DNA of 64,000 nt from Arenicellales bacterium (GCA_965206345.1 OZ242211.1:1338758-1402757), one strand, 5' to 3'; counted from the first letter of the stretch, positions 1 to 10,651 are shown. Notes: generated by a model from the letters alone, not told the origin. Translations and numbers: made by a program.

Positions 1-432
1 TCTGTATACTGGGGTGCGGCCCTGGTCCTTTGGCTCGCTAGCCATCGGACTTAGGCCGCACCTACTTCTTCGTCACTTTGCGTCACTCTACAGTGAACTC
101 TTGGTGTCCATCTACTTGATTTAAAAAAAGTTTATATCAATTATGAGCACCAATCAGTTACATTGCTGAACACGCACACTTTCCCAGAAAATTCTTGTAA
201 AACCACTTCACAAGCCAAGATAACGGCATCAGGCCAATCGTTAACAACATCGGTGGTCATCTGCATTTTCAGACTCCAATGTCTTGCGTACAAAAGAAAT
301 CCGAACGTTAAAATGACAAAATATAAGTGTCATTAAGTTCCTCTTGCAATTCAAGAACCCGTAATTAGTGTGTTTGAGACCCACTTTTGAGAACACATCT
401 CATCTATTCCAAATTGAAAATACAACCTGACT

Positions 433-1068
433 GTGGTCCTGCCTAATTCATACAGAATTATTGTTGGGTTGCTATTAGCGCTCCTTGTGAGTAATACCAG
501 CTTCGGCAACACCATTCGTCTGGTTGCAATAGGTGACAGCCTGATTGCAGGCTACGGTCTACCTGTAGAGGACGGATTTGTTTCACAACTGGAGAAAGCA
601 CTAAAGGCGAGGTCATTTGATGTACAAATTTTCAACGCTGGCGTATCTGGCGATACAACGAGTGGTGGCCTTGCACGAATTGACTGGGTACTGACAGACG
701 ACTACTCCGGCGTCATCTTGCATTTAGGGCACAATGATGCCTTTCGTGGAATTGCTGTCGAGCAGGTGCGTAGCAACATGAACAAACTGATTGCGAACAT
801 CAAGCAGCGCGGGCTGCCGATTGTCATGTCTGGTGCAATGGCACCTAGAAACCTGGGACCCGACTATTACCTTGAATTTGATTTGATATTTCCAGATTTG
901 GCAGAAAAATACGACCTGCTTTTCTACCCATTTTTTCTAGATGGTGTCGCTACCGACCCGGGTCTGAACCAAGGTGATGGCATTCACCCAAACAAGGACG
1001 GCGTTGCCTTCATTGTGGAACGAATCGTTCCCTATGTGGAACAACTGATTCATCAGGTTTCTGAATAA
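433..1068 (+). CDS. tesA: SGNH/GDSL hydrolase, TesA-like arylesterase/lysophospholipase L1 (secreted)
   Basis: N-terminal signal-like hydrophobic segment. SGNH blocks are present: GDSLIAGYG, GVSGDTT, GHND and DGIHP. GTG start taken from the ORF track. Confidence 0.75.
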   Translation: MVLPNSYRIIVGLLLALLVSNTSFGNTIRLVAIGDSLIAGYGLPVEDGFVSQLEKALKARSFDVQIFNAGVSGDTTSGGLARIDWVLTDDYSGVILHLGHNDAFRGIAVEQVRSNMNKLIANIKQRGLPIVMSGAMAPRNLGPDYYLEFDLIFPDLAEKYDLLFYPFFLDGVATDPGLNQGDGIHPNKDGVAFIVERIVPYVEQLIHQVSE

Positions 1069-1180
1069 TTCAAGGTCAAAATCTGTTCGCGGCGAATGAA
1101 ATTAAAAGTTTGAGTCATATAATAAACACGACGTTCAGCCACCTTGCGAATTTGCTCGCTCAAACCAGCCAAAGTTCAAA

Positions 1181-1513
1181 ATGTATTTCTTTTTCGATCG
1201 TATTCGATTGTCCGTCTATTTGTTGATCGCTGCATTGATTGGTTCCCTGCTTTTGCTATCAGGTTGCGGTGGACAAAGTGAGGAGACCGCTGCAGGCCCA
1301 CCTATTCCAGATTCACCCAGGGCTTATCAGGGTACTGGAACACCAATTCGACTTTTTGGAGCGGGCGGCACGCGCTCCAGGCCTGGTGCTGATGACCCTG
1401 AGTATCAGGAATACCTACTCTGGAAAGAGTGGAAGGAATACCAGCGCTACAGGGAATTCTTGGAGTCGCAGGGCAGAGACGGCATCAATTCCGGTCAAAC
1501 GGAAAACGAATAA
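1181..1513 (+). CDS. small lipoprotein, unknown function
   Basis: Signal peptide ending in the lipobox LLLSGC. The C-terminal half has an aromatic/charged motif, EYLLWKEWKEYQRYREFLE. No recognisable family. Confidence 0.5.
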   Translation: MYFFFDRIRLSVYLLIAALIGSLLLLSGCGGQSEETAAGPPIPDSPRAYQGTGTPIRLFGAGGTRSRPGADDPEYQEYLLWKEWKEYQRYREFLESQGRDGINSGQTENE

Positions 1514-1863
1514 TCTGCGCTAAGGCTGCCATCCTTCTATCGGGGGAATGACCAGAATATCACAATTCGGTCTGAAGGAGACTGAATCGTGATCTCTTAA
1601 GTATATGAAGTTATTTTGTTTCTCTGAAATATGCATCTCTCAAAATAGCTTCAGCAAGATGATTCGGAATAATGTCAATAAACACACCTTCTCTCAGTTC
1701 CATTCTATTCAGCTGAGATGATCGACGACAAGAATTAGCAGTCGGCTTCTAACCGATTGGTTTCTTCTCCTTTCATTTCATCACGATCCAGTGGCCTTGT
1801 AAGTATTTCATCTTGTGCATCTGTGCTTTTGATCCAGCCGAAATGTTCTTTCACAACCTCCAC

Positions 1864-3021
1864 TCAAACAGACAAGCGCTCGTAGATGATCAGCAAAATA
1901 CCCTGAGCGGCTTCCTGACGCTTCTCAGGTTCCAGCTCAGAATTTGTGCCCACAACTGAAACTTCGGTCATTTCACCCCGCCTCTTGACTAGCACTTCGT
2001 ACTCGTACTGGTCTGGCACCACAACGTCCGCAGGCCTCCAAAACCGCCACCTGAATCTTTTCTTCTTTTTGTCTTTTGTACTTTCAGCAAAGCTGACGTA
2101 GTAAACGCCTTCGCTTCGATTAATGTCCTCAATACCTGCACCGGCACCTTGTAATGTCCGACCTACTTTTACCCAGACAGTCTCAAATCTCTCTCCTAAC
2201 AAGATGCTCTGTTGACCATCGGCTCCCTGAATTAGCCGTTTGTCAACAGAAGCCGACCCAGAATCGCCATAAGCTTGCTCCTCGGCCTCAAAGTGCGCCA
2301 GCAGATAAAATCGCAAACGCTGGAAAAACTCCTGACCTGCTGTTGGATTGACCTCTATATCCAAATCAGAAAGGCCGCTGATCTCTGTTTGGTTAGATCC
2401 AACGGAATGGACCTGAACTTTATCTACACTTCCGGAAAATTCTCTAAGAAGTAAACGGTCCAGAAACTTCCTGCTTTGCTTGACACCGGTATTAGCGACC
2501 AAAATGATTCGGTCAGCATTATTTATTTCAAGGACAAAAACATTCATATCAGCCAATACAGATGGCAATATGTTCCAGACTACGTCTGCATTTTCATGGA
2601 CCAATAATCGAAGGGTCTCGGCCTCCCTGTCTTCGATCACCAAGACCTTAAAGATACCTTCACCACTAAGTCTGGCGGTTTGAAACTCTAGTTCAGACAA
2701 TCCAACGCCTTCAATCTGATCCTTGTAATTCTTGTATTCTTCAAACTCAAGCCAAAGCTGATAGGCCCTTAACTGTTCCGGACCCAGATCTGGTGGTGCC
2801 GAAGGGTCAGATTCAATTTCACCAGGTACAACAAATTGTTCCGGTTCCGGCAACGGCGACAGACCAGGGGGAACTTCCAAAGGGTCTGAAAGCCTTGCAC
2901 CCGGTAGCAGAGAAACCTCCCTACCGCCAAACTCCGCACAGCCGACAATCAGCAAGGCACTGGTGAATATCGATATAAATATTTGATATCGTTTAGTTTT
3001 CAGTTGAGATGTATCAGTCAT
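1864..3021 (-). CDS. BamC (NlpB)-like outer-membrane lipoprotein
   Basis: Lipobox LLIVGC. Two helix-grip-like segments resemble E. coli BamC: VVWNILPSVLADMNVFV versus LWPQVVSVLQAKNYTI, and FETVWVKVGRTLQGAGAGIEDINRSEGVYYVSF versus [33 protein letters not shown]. The comparison was made from memory, not by alignment. Confidence 0.45.
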   Translation of the reverse strand: MTDTSQLKTKRYQIFISIFTSALLIVGCAEFGGREVSLLPGARLSDPLEVPPGLSPLPEPEQFVVPGEIESDPSAPPDLGPEQLRAYQLWLEFEEYKNYKDQIEGVGLSELEFQTARLSGEGIFKVLVIEDREAETLRLLVHENADVVWNILPSVLADMNVFVLEINNADRIILVANTGVKQSRKFLDRLLLREFSGSVDKVQVHSVGSNQTEISGLSDLDIEVNPTAGQEFFQRLRFYLLAHFEAEEQAYGDSGSASVDKRLIQGADGQQSILLGERFETVWVKVGRTLQGAGAGIEDINRSEGVYYVSFAESTKDKKKKRFRWRFWRPADVVVPDQYEYEVLVKRRGEMTEVSVVGTNSELEPEKRQEAAQGILLIIYERLSV

Positions 3022-3072
3022 TACAGTGACCCTTCTAGTTCAGCAATTCAGCAGCAGTGTTTGACAAACCCA

Positions 3073-3936
3073 TCAGCCAATACGTTCCAGGACGCCATCC
3101 AGTTCGTCCAAGTTTTGATAATTGATCTTAATGTGCCCTTTGCCCTTTCGATCATGAATGGTAACTTTTGCCGCCAGTCGTTCGGATAACTTGCGTTCAA
3201 GATTTAATATATCGGCATCGACCTTGTTTGGTTGCTGCGCGCCTCTCGTCGATTTTCGTTTGTGCCAGTTCTTGACCAGGTCTTCGGTTTTGCGTACCGA
3301 CAGCAACTTGGATATTACAATTCTAGCTGCCTCGATTTGGTCCTGGTCGCTCAGTGCTAACAGCACCTTCGCGTGTCCTGCTTCAATCTGACTCTGAGCA
3401 AGCATATTAAATACTGGTTGTGTAAGGCTTAGCAAACGGATTAGATTGGTTACCGACGCTCGGGATAATCCGACACTGGAGGCAATTTCAGCGTGTGTCA
3501 TGCCAAATTCATCAATGAGGCGTTTCAGAAGTCGCGCAATTTCGGTGACATTGAGATCTTCTCGTTGAATATTTTCGATCAGCGCCAAAGCCATCGCATC
3601 CTGATCTGCAATTGATCGCACGATAACCGGTACTTCATGTTGCGCCGCCATCTGTGCTGCACGCCAACGCCTCTCGCCAGTGATGATGTCGTATTGATTA
3701 CCATCCGATGCGCGAACGACTATGGGCTGAATAATGCCGTGCGCAATAATTGAATCAGCGAGTTCCCGGATTGAGGATTCGCTAAATTGCGTACGAGGCT
3801 GAAAGGGCCCAGGCCGCAGCCTTTCGATCGCAATCATCTCGATACCACCGGGACCGGACTCAGAAGACGCGAGATTGGGTTCGACTGAGCCAAGCAATGC
3901 ATCCAGACCGCGACCCAGTTTGTCGCGGCTTGTCAT
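3073..3936 (-). CDS. parB: chromosome partitioning protein ParB (Spo0J)
   Basis: ParB box GERRWRAA and an HTH segment (THAEIASSVGLSRASVTNLIRLL). Overlaps the parA stop by 4 nt. Confidence 0.95.
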   Translation of the reverse strand: MTSRDKLGRGLDALLGSVEPNLASSESGPGGIEMIAIERLRPGPFQPRTQFSESSIRELADSIIAHGIIQPIVVRASDGNQYDIITGERRWRAAQMAAQHEVPVIVRSIADQDAMALALIENIQREDLNVTEIARLLKRLIDEFGMTHAEIASSVGLSRASVTNLIRLLSLTQPVFNMLAQSQIEAGHAKVLLALSDQDQIEAARIVISKLLSVRKTEDLVKNWHKRKSTRGAQQPNKVDADILNLERKLSERLAAKVTIHDRKGKGHIKINYQNLDELDGVLERIG

Positions 3937-4700
3937 ATGCCTGACTCCTGATTCAGCAACTCACCTGCGAATGCCATATAAGCCGTTGTTCCTAAACAGT
4001 TATTATCGTATTCAAGGACAGACAATCCGTGACTGGATGCCTCAGCAAGCCGCACATTTCTCGGAATTATCGTTCGGTACAGTTGAGCATCAAAGTGTGT
4101 CTTCAACTGATCAGACACTTCGCGGCTTAATTTATTTCGCGTGTCATACATGGTTCTGAGAATGCCATTCAGTTTAAGGTCAGGATTGAAATTGCGCTGC
4201 ACCGTTTTGATTGTAGAAAGTAGTTCAACAAGGCCTTGCAGTGCAAAATATTCACACTGTGTAGGAACAATTACACTGTCAGCAGCAACCATTGCATTGA
4301 TAACCACAATATTCAGGGATGGAGGGCAATCCAACAGAATCCAATTATATTCCTTGCGTACGCTGCTTAGCGAATCCCTGAGTTGGAACTCGCGTCGCTT
4401 TACAGTAATCAACTCGACTTGAGCGCCGGCGAGATCCCTATTCGCAGGAACAATGTCAAAACCCGCTTCATTGGAAACGATTGCATCTTCCATAGATTTG
4501 AGACCCAGCAAGGCTCCATACACGCCGCGTTGGCCGTCTATCGGATCAATTCCAACCCCCGTAGTCAAATTGGCCTGCGGATCCAGATCTATCGCCAATA
4601 CCTTGCGCTTGGCTTTGGCAAGCATGGCTGCAACATTGATCGCCGTTGTCGTTTTGCCGACACCACCTTTCTGACTCGCAACTGCGATTACGCTGGTCAC
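3933..4700 (-). CDS. parA: chromosome partitioning ATPase ParA (Soj)
   Basis: Deviant Walker A KGGVGKTT, plus DCPPSL. Conserved position upstream of parB. Confidence 0.95.
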   Translation of the reverse strand: MTSVIAVASQKGGVGKTTTAINVAAMLAKAKRKVLAIDLDPQANLTTGVGIDPIDGQRGVYGALLGLKSMEDAIVSNEAGFDIVPANRDLAGAQVELITVKRREFQLRDSLSSVRKEYNWILLDCPPSLNIVVINAMVAADSVIVPTQCEYFALQGLVELLSTIKTVQRNFNPDLKLNGILRTMYDTRNKLSREVSDQLKTHFDAQLYRTIIPRNVRLAEASSHGLSVLEYDNNCLGTTAYMAFAGELLNQESGI

Positions 4701-4710
4701 GATTCAATCC

Positions 4711-5334
4711 TTACGAATGAACTGGGTGTTTCAATATGACGCAGTGCCGATCGCTATCAAGGTAGGGCACATCGACTTTTTTAACTTCCACTCGACATGG
4801 AGATTTGAGCGATGCGAGTTCCGCCTCAGGACTTTTCCCCTTCATCGCAATCACCCGGCCACTCTTGGACAATACTGGCAACGCAAATTCCGCAATCGCA
4901 GATAGTGAACCAAGACTCCTGACCAACGCAGTGTCGAAACCGCCTCTGGAGGAATAATTCTGAATACGCTGGTGAACAACCTCAACATTAGCAAATCCAA
5001 ATTTAGCGATGGCATGACGCAGAAACTGCACTTTTTTACCTTTTGCATCGAGCAACACTAACTGAAATTTCGGCCTCACCAAAGCCACCGCAATGCCTGG
5101 AAATCCCGCACCGCTGCCAATATCAATAATACGTTGGCCCTGGATGTGTTCAACGATCGCCAGACTATCTAAAAAGTGTTTAATTACAACACCTTCCAAT
5201 GTACGAATCGCTGTTAGATTCATGCGTAGATTCCACCTGAGCAGTAGTTCGGAATACGCTATGGCGCACTCAATCTGTCCTTCGGTCAAATCCAGTGACA
5301 TCAGCGACGATGCTTGCCGCAACCGGGTTGCCAT
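4711..5334 (-). CDS. rsmG: 16S rRNA (guanine527-N7)-methyltransferase RsmG (GidB)
   Basis: LLLRWNLRMNLTAIR and the SAM motif IDIGSGAGFPG. Sits downstream of mnmG. The ORF track starts at 5424 (237 aa). I prefer the ATG at 5334 (207 aa) because it matches the family length. The start is uncertain. Confidence 0.85.
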   Translation of the reverse strand: MATRLRQASSLMSLDLTEGQIECAIAYSELLLRWNLRMNLTAIRTLEGVVIKHFLDSLAIVEHIQGQRIIDIGSGAGFPGIAVALVRPKFQLVLLDAKGKKVQFLRHAIAKFGFANVEVVHQRIQNYSSRGGFDTALVRSLGSLSAIAEFALPVLSKSGRVIAMKGKSPEAELASLKSPCRVEVKKVDVPYLDSDRHCVILKHPVHS

Positions 5335-5440
5335 AGTGACACGCTCATCGCTTGCACTGGCCTGCTCCCAATCCTGCCGGGCCCGCCGTTCTGAGGTTTC
5401 AGTAAGTTCCGCTGAACGGACCATATTCCAAAGTTTGCCG

Positions 5441-7336
5441 CTAGGTCACCGGCTCGGATTTTTGCATGGCCTCTCTTTTCAGGTGTACGGCCAGAGCCGA
5501 AACCGCAGCTGGCGTAATACCAGGTATTCTGGATGCAAGACCTAAATTCTGCGGACGATGCCGGTCCAACTTCTGCCGCACCTCATTCGACAGCCCATGA
5601 ACCCTGAAATAGTCAATGGCTGAGGGTAGATCGACACTTTCCAGCTTCATTGTTTTACGAAGCGCCGTTTTTTGGCGCTCAATGTAGCCTTCATAACGCG
5701 CTTCTATTTCAAGCTGTTCCTGTACTGAACGGTCAGTAACCGGATTACCGGCACCTGGAAGCTGCATTATTGCATCGTAGTTCACTTCGGGATCTCTGAG
5801 TAGGGCATACAGGGTTGCTTCACTAGTCAACGCACGACCCATGATTTTTTCGCTTACCGCCTGTGTTTCAGCCGTTGGCGTCACTTTAACAGCCTCAAGG
5901 CGGGAACGTTCACTCTCAAGCAAATTACGCTTGGCGCTGAATATATCCCAGCGTCGGTTATCAACCAGCCCAAGTTCACGCCCTATTTCGGTCAAACGAA
6001 GGTCTGCATTGTCTTCACGCAACAGCAGTCGATTCTCTGCCCGCGAGGTAAACATACGATAGGGTTCATCGGCACCTTTCGTCACCAGATCGTCGATAAG
6101 CACTCCAATATAGGCCTGATCTCGTCTAGGCCACCATGTCTCCAGATTCTGAGCCTGTCGGGAGGCATTAAGTCCCGCAATCAAACCCTGGCACGCAGCT
6201 TCTTCATAGCCAGTTGTACCGTTGATCTGGCCTGCGAAAAAAAGTCCGCCAAGAACTTTCGTTTCGAGACTGGGATGCAGGTCCCGAGGGTCCAAAAAGT
6301 CGTACTCAATTGCATAACCCGGACGGGTGATCACTGCACTTTCAAAGCCTTCGATGGATTTGACAAAGTCACACTGTGCTTCGAATGGCAGGCTGGTTGA
6401 AATTCCGTTTGGATAAATTTCATATGAATCAAGGCCTTCGGGCTCTACAAAAATTTGATGAGAGGAGCGATCCGCAAATCGAACCACCTTGTCCTCGACT
6501 GACGGACAGTAGCGCGGTCCTATGGAGTCTATAACACCACCGTACATCGCCGATTCATGTAAATGTTTGCGAATGATGTCGTGCGTCTTTTCGTTGGTGC
6601 GTGCGATATAGCAGGATATCTGACGCGGATGCTCATCAACCGAGCCGATAAACGAAAATACCAGCGTTGGCTGATCGCCAGGCTGCTCAATCAGCCTTGA
6701 ATAATCAATGGTTCGACCATCAATGCGGGGAGGCGTACCGGTTTTTAGACGTTCCACGTGGAACATCATGTCTCGCAGCCTAGTAGCCAGCCGATTCGAC
6801 GGCGCATCGCCGGCACGGCCACCACTTCGCTGCTGAAGGCCGACATGCAAAACACCGCCTAGAAAAGTGCCTGTCGCGAGTACCACACTTCGAGCGTTGA
6901 TTCGAACACCAAATCGGGTAACCACGCCCGTCACACGATCACCATCGACCACCAGATCATCCACTTCCTGCTGAAAAAAAGTCAGATTATCCTGTTCTTC
7001 CAACATCTTTCGAACAGCTGATCGGTAAAGCGATCGGTCTGTCTGGGCTCTCGTGGCACGTACAGCCGGACCTTTTCGAATATTTAACCGACGAAACTGA
7101 ATCCCGCTACGATCAGTCGCATGCGCCATAAGACCGCCCAATGCATCGATTTCACGAACGATGTGCCCCTTGCCGATTCCGCCAATGGCTGGATTGCAGG
7201 ACATTTGTCCAATGGTCTCAATGTTTTGGGTCAATAGCAGTGTACGACTGCCTGTCCGGGCTGCGGCCATTGCGGCTTCAGCACCAGCATGACCGCCGCC
7301 CACAACAACGACGTCGTAGTTCATCATTGACGGCAT
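5441..7336 (-). CDS. mnmG: tRNA uridine 5-carboxymethylaminomethyl modification enzyme MnmG (GidA)
   Basis: FAD motif [15 protein letters not shown]. About 630 aa and family-typical throughout. The ATG at 7336 is preceded by AGGAG 6 nt upstream, so the ORF-track start at 7390 is probably an over-extension. Confidence 0.96.
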   Translation of the reverse strand: MPSMMNYDVVVVGGGHAGAEAAMAAARTGSRTLLLTQNIETIGQMSCNPAIGGIGKGHIVREIDALGGLMAHATDRSGIQFRRLNIRKGPAVRATRAQTDRSLYRSAVRKMLEEQDNLTFFQQEVDDLVVDGDRVTGVVTRFGVRINARSVVLATGTFLGGVLHVGLQQRSGGRAGDAPSNRLATRLRDMMFHVERLKTGTPPRIDGRTIDYSRLIEQPGDQPTLVFSFIGSVDEHPRQISCYIARTNEKTHDIIRKHLHESAMYGGVIDSIGPRYCPSVEDKVVRFADRSSHQIFVEPEGLDSYEIYPNGISTSLPFEAQCDFVKSIEGFESAVITRPGYAIEYDFLDPRDLHPSLETKVLGGLFFAGQINGTTGYEEAACQGLIAGLNASRQAQNLETWWPRRDQAYIGVLIDDLVTKGADEPYRMFTSRAENRLLLREDNADLRLTEIGRELGLVDNRRWDIFSAKRNLLESERSRLEAVKVTPTAETQAVSEKIMGRALTSEATLYALLRDPEVNYDAIMQLPGAGNPVTDRSVQEQLEIEARYEGYIERQKTALRKTMKLESVDLPSAIDYFRVHGLSNEVRQKLDRHRPQNLGLASRIPGITPAAVSALAVHLKREAMQKSEPVT

Positions 7337-7525
7337 GACGCTACTCCTGCCTCGGATAAGGGCGCAACACACCCCAGACGCGCAGTACAAGCGCCTTGAA
7401 TATTGCTGAACGTGTATTTAGTCATGTAGACGCGGTCTGTTAAGTGATGCACAGATGCTTGAATTTAGGACGTTAAGTGCCTATTCTGCAGGTCTTGCGG
7501 TCGAATTGGCAATTCGGACTGTGCA

Positions 7526-7534
7526 TTATCCACC
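7526..7534 (+). promoter_or_regulatory. single DnaA-box-like 9-mer TTATCCACC (8/9 to TTATCCACA) upstream of mnmG
   Basis: Read directly from the sequence. It is an isolated box and the 340-bp intergenic region contains only one GATC. Confidence 0.3.
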
Positions 7535-7731
7535 AAATTCACTTCTCTGAATGCTTCAATTTCGCTTTGGATCACCCAATAGAGTCACGCATACGCTCTT
7601 TACCTGCCACAAAATTTTCTCAGGCAAAAGTCCTGTAATTGCGAAATAAAAACTTCATTAGTCTTTATTATCAATAACTTATGAATATATCAGTATTGAT
7701 TTGGCCACACTGAAGATGATGCTTCAGTCTG

Positions 7732-10632
7732 TCATTGATTGGAATAGTAGTCGTATTTCGACTGAATGTGTTGAGTAAAGGCCCAGGCCTCAGAAAAAGT
7801 CAACCTGTCTTCATCAGGAAAAATTATTCTGGTGTAAAGGCCCTCAGACCGTTCGCTTTTAAGGCGGGTCAATACTCCTTCAAGCTCCTCGCGTGACACT
7901 TGAACTGCAGCAGCCTCACCTGGCAACCTATAGCGAAATACGTTTTCACCTTCAAGTGACTTGTTAAATATCACATCGACAACATAGCGGTTAGCTGGAC
8001 TTCGTGCAGGTCGCAGTAGAATTTGACGCTCCTCCTGAAGTTCGACAATCTCACTTTGAAGCTGTTCAACTTCACCACTTCTCGATGTCAGTGCGGTTTG
8101 CAGATTGGCCAATTCGGTTAGCCGCTGCTGATAGGCCTCACGCAATTCGGCAATTTCGTGGTCGCTTTTCACACCCGTCTCAAATAACTCTTCTTTCTCT
8201 GTCTGCAGGCTTTCAATCTTTTCATCCCGAGACTTTAAATCGGCACTCAATTGCGCCATAACAGTTTGCAGAGTTTCAAACTGCTGTTGCCGATCTGCCT
8301 GCAGCCTGCGACTGTAGTCAAGCTCCCGCAGCAACTCTTCATTTTCGATTGTTATCTGCTGTATCGTCCGCTCAAGTTCCACCAGTTGCTGTTGCTGTTG
8401 GGCTATTCGGTCCTGGTTCTGTGTTCTTTCTGTTAGTAATTGATCTATTTGACTTTTTGACTCATCGCTGGAGGTGTTTAGTGCACTGACTTCGTCACTT
8501 AGTGTGGCAACTTTCGCATTAAGAGAATTGATCTTTTCGTTACGCTCCTGTAGATCCAATCTCAAAGAACTGATCATTTCAACTGCGGACACCATCTGTT
8601 CCTGTAACCGCGCCAGACTACGCTCGTTTTCAATGAATTCCGACTCCATGCGATCAAGCTCAGCTAAACGTTCTGTGTAAAGTGCCTGTAGCGCAACAAG
8701 TTCCTGTTTCTGGCTTTCAATGGTCTGCGTACTTTGTACCTCAGATTCAGTCAGACGAGCGATGTCGGCCTTCTGGCTTTCACTCAAGGCTGCACTGGCC
8801 AGTCGAACCTTCTGTAATTCCTCCAACGCTGTTTTAAGCTCCGACTGAGTTCGAACCAGGTCCCGGTCACTCTCTATAAACTCAGCTTCAACTCGATTCA
8901 ACTCTACAAGCCTTTCATCGTATAGCGCCTGTAGCGATGTAAGTTCCTGCTTCTGACGTTCGATAGTCAGCGCGCTTTGCGTCTCAGACTCAGTCAGTCT
9001 CGCTATGTCAGCCTGCTGAGTCTCGCTCAACGCCGCACTGGTAATTTTCACCTGCTGCAGTTGACTCAACACATCATCTAACTGCGATTTAGTTCGAGCC
9101 AGTTCGCGCTCTCGGTCGAGAAAACTCTCCTCTATTTGATTGAGTTCCGCCAAGCGTTCAGCGTACAGTGCCTGTAGCGATGCTAGCTCCTGCTGCTGAC
9201 GTTCGATAACTAGCGCACTTTGTGTCTCAGACTCAGTCAGTCTCGCTATGTCAGCCTGTTGAGTCTCACTTAGTGCCGCACTTGATAACCTCACTTGCTG
9301 TAAATCTCTCAACGCTCGAACCAATTCGGACTTGGTTCGTACCAGTTCGCGCTCCTGTTCAAGGAATTGCGCTTCTGCTTGAGTGAGTTCTGTAAGCTGT
9401 TCGGCCTGTATAACCTGCAAAGACGCAAGTTCCTGCTGCTGGGATTCAATGATGCGTCCACTCTCCACCTGGCTCACCTCCAAGGCTTCAATTTCGTCCA
9501 GCAATCCGACTTGTGCTTCAGTTAACTGAGCCACCTGGTCTGATTTAGCGGTCAGTTGACGCTCAATATCGGAAATTTCAGCAGCGCGCTGTGTCAATGT
9601 TTCGCGCAACTGTGCCTGTGACTCCTGTTGGCGCTCAATAGTCAACCCCTGTTCCAATCTAACGGCTTCCAATTGCTCCACAACACCCTGCAGCTGCGCA
9701 CTGGCAAGCTTCAAACTCTGGATTTCATCCTCTCGACTGACCAGACCGGTGCGAAGCTCCTCCACCGCCGCAAGACTCTCGCTATATGCCTGTTCCAGTT
9801 CTTCTAACTCAGTCAATCGCTCTGCCAACTCGGCACTCTGCTGCTGAGTAGCCTCAGATAAAGCCGCAATCTGTTCGTCCTTCAAGCCTGATTCAGCGAT
9901 CAAATCTTGAATCTTGACTTCGCTTTCTGCTCTGACCTTTTCAAGTACTGCAATCTGATTGCGCTGTTCTGCTTCAAGTGCCTGTAGATCGGCCAGAGTA
10001 AGACGCAACTCTTCCACTTCGCTACTTCGCTGACTCAAATGCTCTTCCAGAGCCGCCAACTGGTTCTGCTTATCAAGAAGTCCGGCTTGTAGCGCTTCCA
10101 GTTCCACCGTTCGTGATTGAATCAACGAATTCAACTCAGTTATGGTAAGGTTCATCGAACTGACTCGTTCTGTCAGCTGATCGCGCTGGCCTCGAATCTC
10201 CTGAAGGCTTTTGGTTAAGCTACTGACTTCAGCGTCAAGCTGCTGTTGGACCTGATAGAGTTCAGCAGTTTCAATTTCAAGTTCAGATATTCGGGCGCCA
10301 CGTTCTATTGACAATTTCTCAAGTTCTGCCTTTTGAAACTCTGTCAGGTTAAGCTGCTCTTTGGTTTGTTCAACAATTTCAGCAAGATAAGCGGCTCTCT
10401 CACGCAAAGACTCAGTTTCCATCATCGCCTGGCTACGCGCCTCAGAAGCGAGTTCCATATCTTGACCTAACTGGATATTACGCAGCATGAAAATTACCGC
10501 CGCCATGAGAAATATCATCACAATAACCATCATGATGTCAGTGAATGATGGCCAGATACTGTCGTCAGAATGACTGCTTTCAGTGGCGCGGTGAACGCGC
10601 AGGTCAACGAAGCCGCCAGAGTTCCCCGTCAT
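7732..10632 (-). CDS. ExbD/TolR/MotB-like single-pass membrane protein with a giant (~820 aa) coiled-coil stalk and a small C-terminal alpha/beta domain
   Basis: N-terminal TM WPSFTDIMMVIVMIFLMAAV closely resembles the E. coli ExbD TM TPFIDVMLVLLIIFMVAAP, including the essential Asp (D32 here, codon 10537-10539). Residues ~55-870 are heptad-like and Q/E/L-rich, with 81-aa tandem repeats. The last ~95 aa (RYVVDVIFNK...LYTRIIFPDEDRLTFSEAWAFTQHIQ) are reminiscent of the ExbD/TolR periplasmic domain. No OmpA-like peptidoglycan-binding motif is present. Confidence 0.8.
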   Translation of the reverse strand: MTGNSGGFVDLRVHRATESSHSDDSIWPSFTDIMMVIVMIFLMAAVIFMLRNIQLGQDMELASEARSQAMMETESLRERAAYLAEIVEQTKEQLNLTEFQKAELEKLSIERGARISELEIETAELYQVQQQLDAEVSSLTKSLQEIRGQRDQLTERVSSMNLTITELNSLIQSRTVELEALQAGLLDKQNQLAALEEHLSQRSSEVEELRLTLADLQALEAEQRNQIAVLEKVRAESEVKIQDLIAESGLKDEQIAALSEATQQQSAELAERLTELEELEQAYSESLAAVEELRTGLVSREDEIQSLKLASAQLQGVVEQLEAVRLEQGLTIERQQESQAQLRETLTQRAAEISDIERQLTAKSDQVAQLTEAQVGLLDEIEALEVSQVESGRIIESQQQELASLQVIQAEQLTELTQAEAQFLEQERELVRTKSELVRALRDLQQVRLSSAALSETQQADIARLTESETQSALVIERQQQELASLQALYAERLAELNQIEESFLDRERELARTKSQLDDVLSQLQQVKITSAALSETQQADIARLTESETQSALTIERQKQELTSLQALYDERLVELNRVEAEFIESDRDLVRTQSELKTALEELQKVRLASAALSESQKADIARLTESEVQSTQTIESQKQELVALQALYTERLAELDRMESEFIENERSLARLQEQMVSAVEMISSLRLDLQERNEKINSLNAKVATLSDEVSALNTSSDESKSQIDQLLTERTQNQDRIAQQQQQLVELERTIQQITIENEELLRELDYSRRLQADRQQQFETLQTVMAQLSADLKSRDEKIESLQTEKEELFETGVKSDHEIAELREAYQQRLTELANLQTALTSRSGEVEQLQSEIVELQEERQILLRPARSPANRYVVDVIFNKSLEGENVFRYRLPGEAAAVQVSREELEGVLTRLKSERSEGLYTRIIFPDEDRLTFSEAWAFTQHIQSKYDYYSNQ
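8560..9480. repeat. ~3.8 tandem copies of a 243-bp (81-aa) coding repeat inside the coiled-coil gene
   Basis: The string tcaga(c/t)tcagtcag recurs at 8741, 8984 and 9227, an exact 243-nt spacing. The protein unit is LSETQQADIARLTESETQSALVIERQQQELASLQALYAERLAELNQIEESFLDRERELARTKSQLDDVLSQLQQVKITSAA. Confidence 0.9.
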
Positions 10633-10651
10633 AACGGTTGGACCTTAGCTC

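Noticed and set aside
11-62. Long imperfect hairpin (GGTGCGGCC...GGCCGCACC with an inner GGCT/AGCC stem) at the window start: possible ncRNA end or REP element
   Set aside because: It does not match the 3' ends of tmRNA, RNase P RNA, 4.5S or 6S RNA as I remember them. There is no T-run, no second copy in the window, and the left context is cut off. The evidence is insufficient.
7337-7731. E. coli/Vibrio-type oriC next to mnmG
   Set aside because: Only one good DnaA box (TTATCCACC, 7526-7534), one weaker one (TTGGCCACA, 7701-7709) and a single GATC. There is an AT-rich segment (7620-7700), but the evidence is too thin to call an origin. It is kept as an alternative to the dnaA-dnaN candidate.
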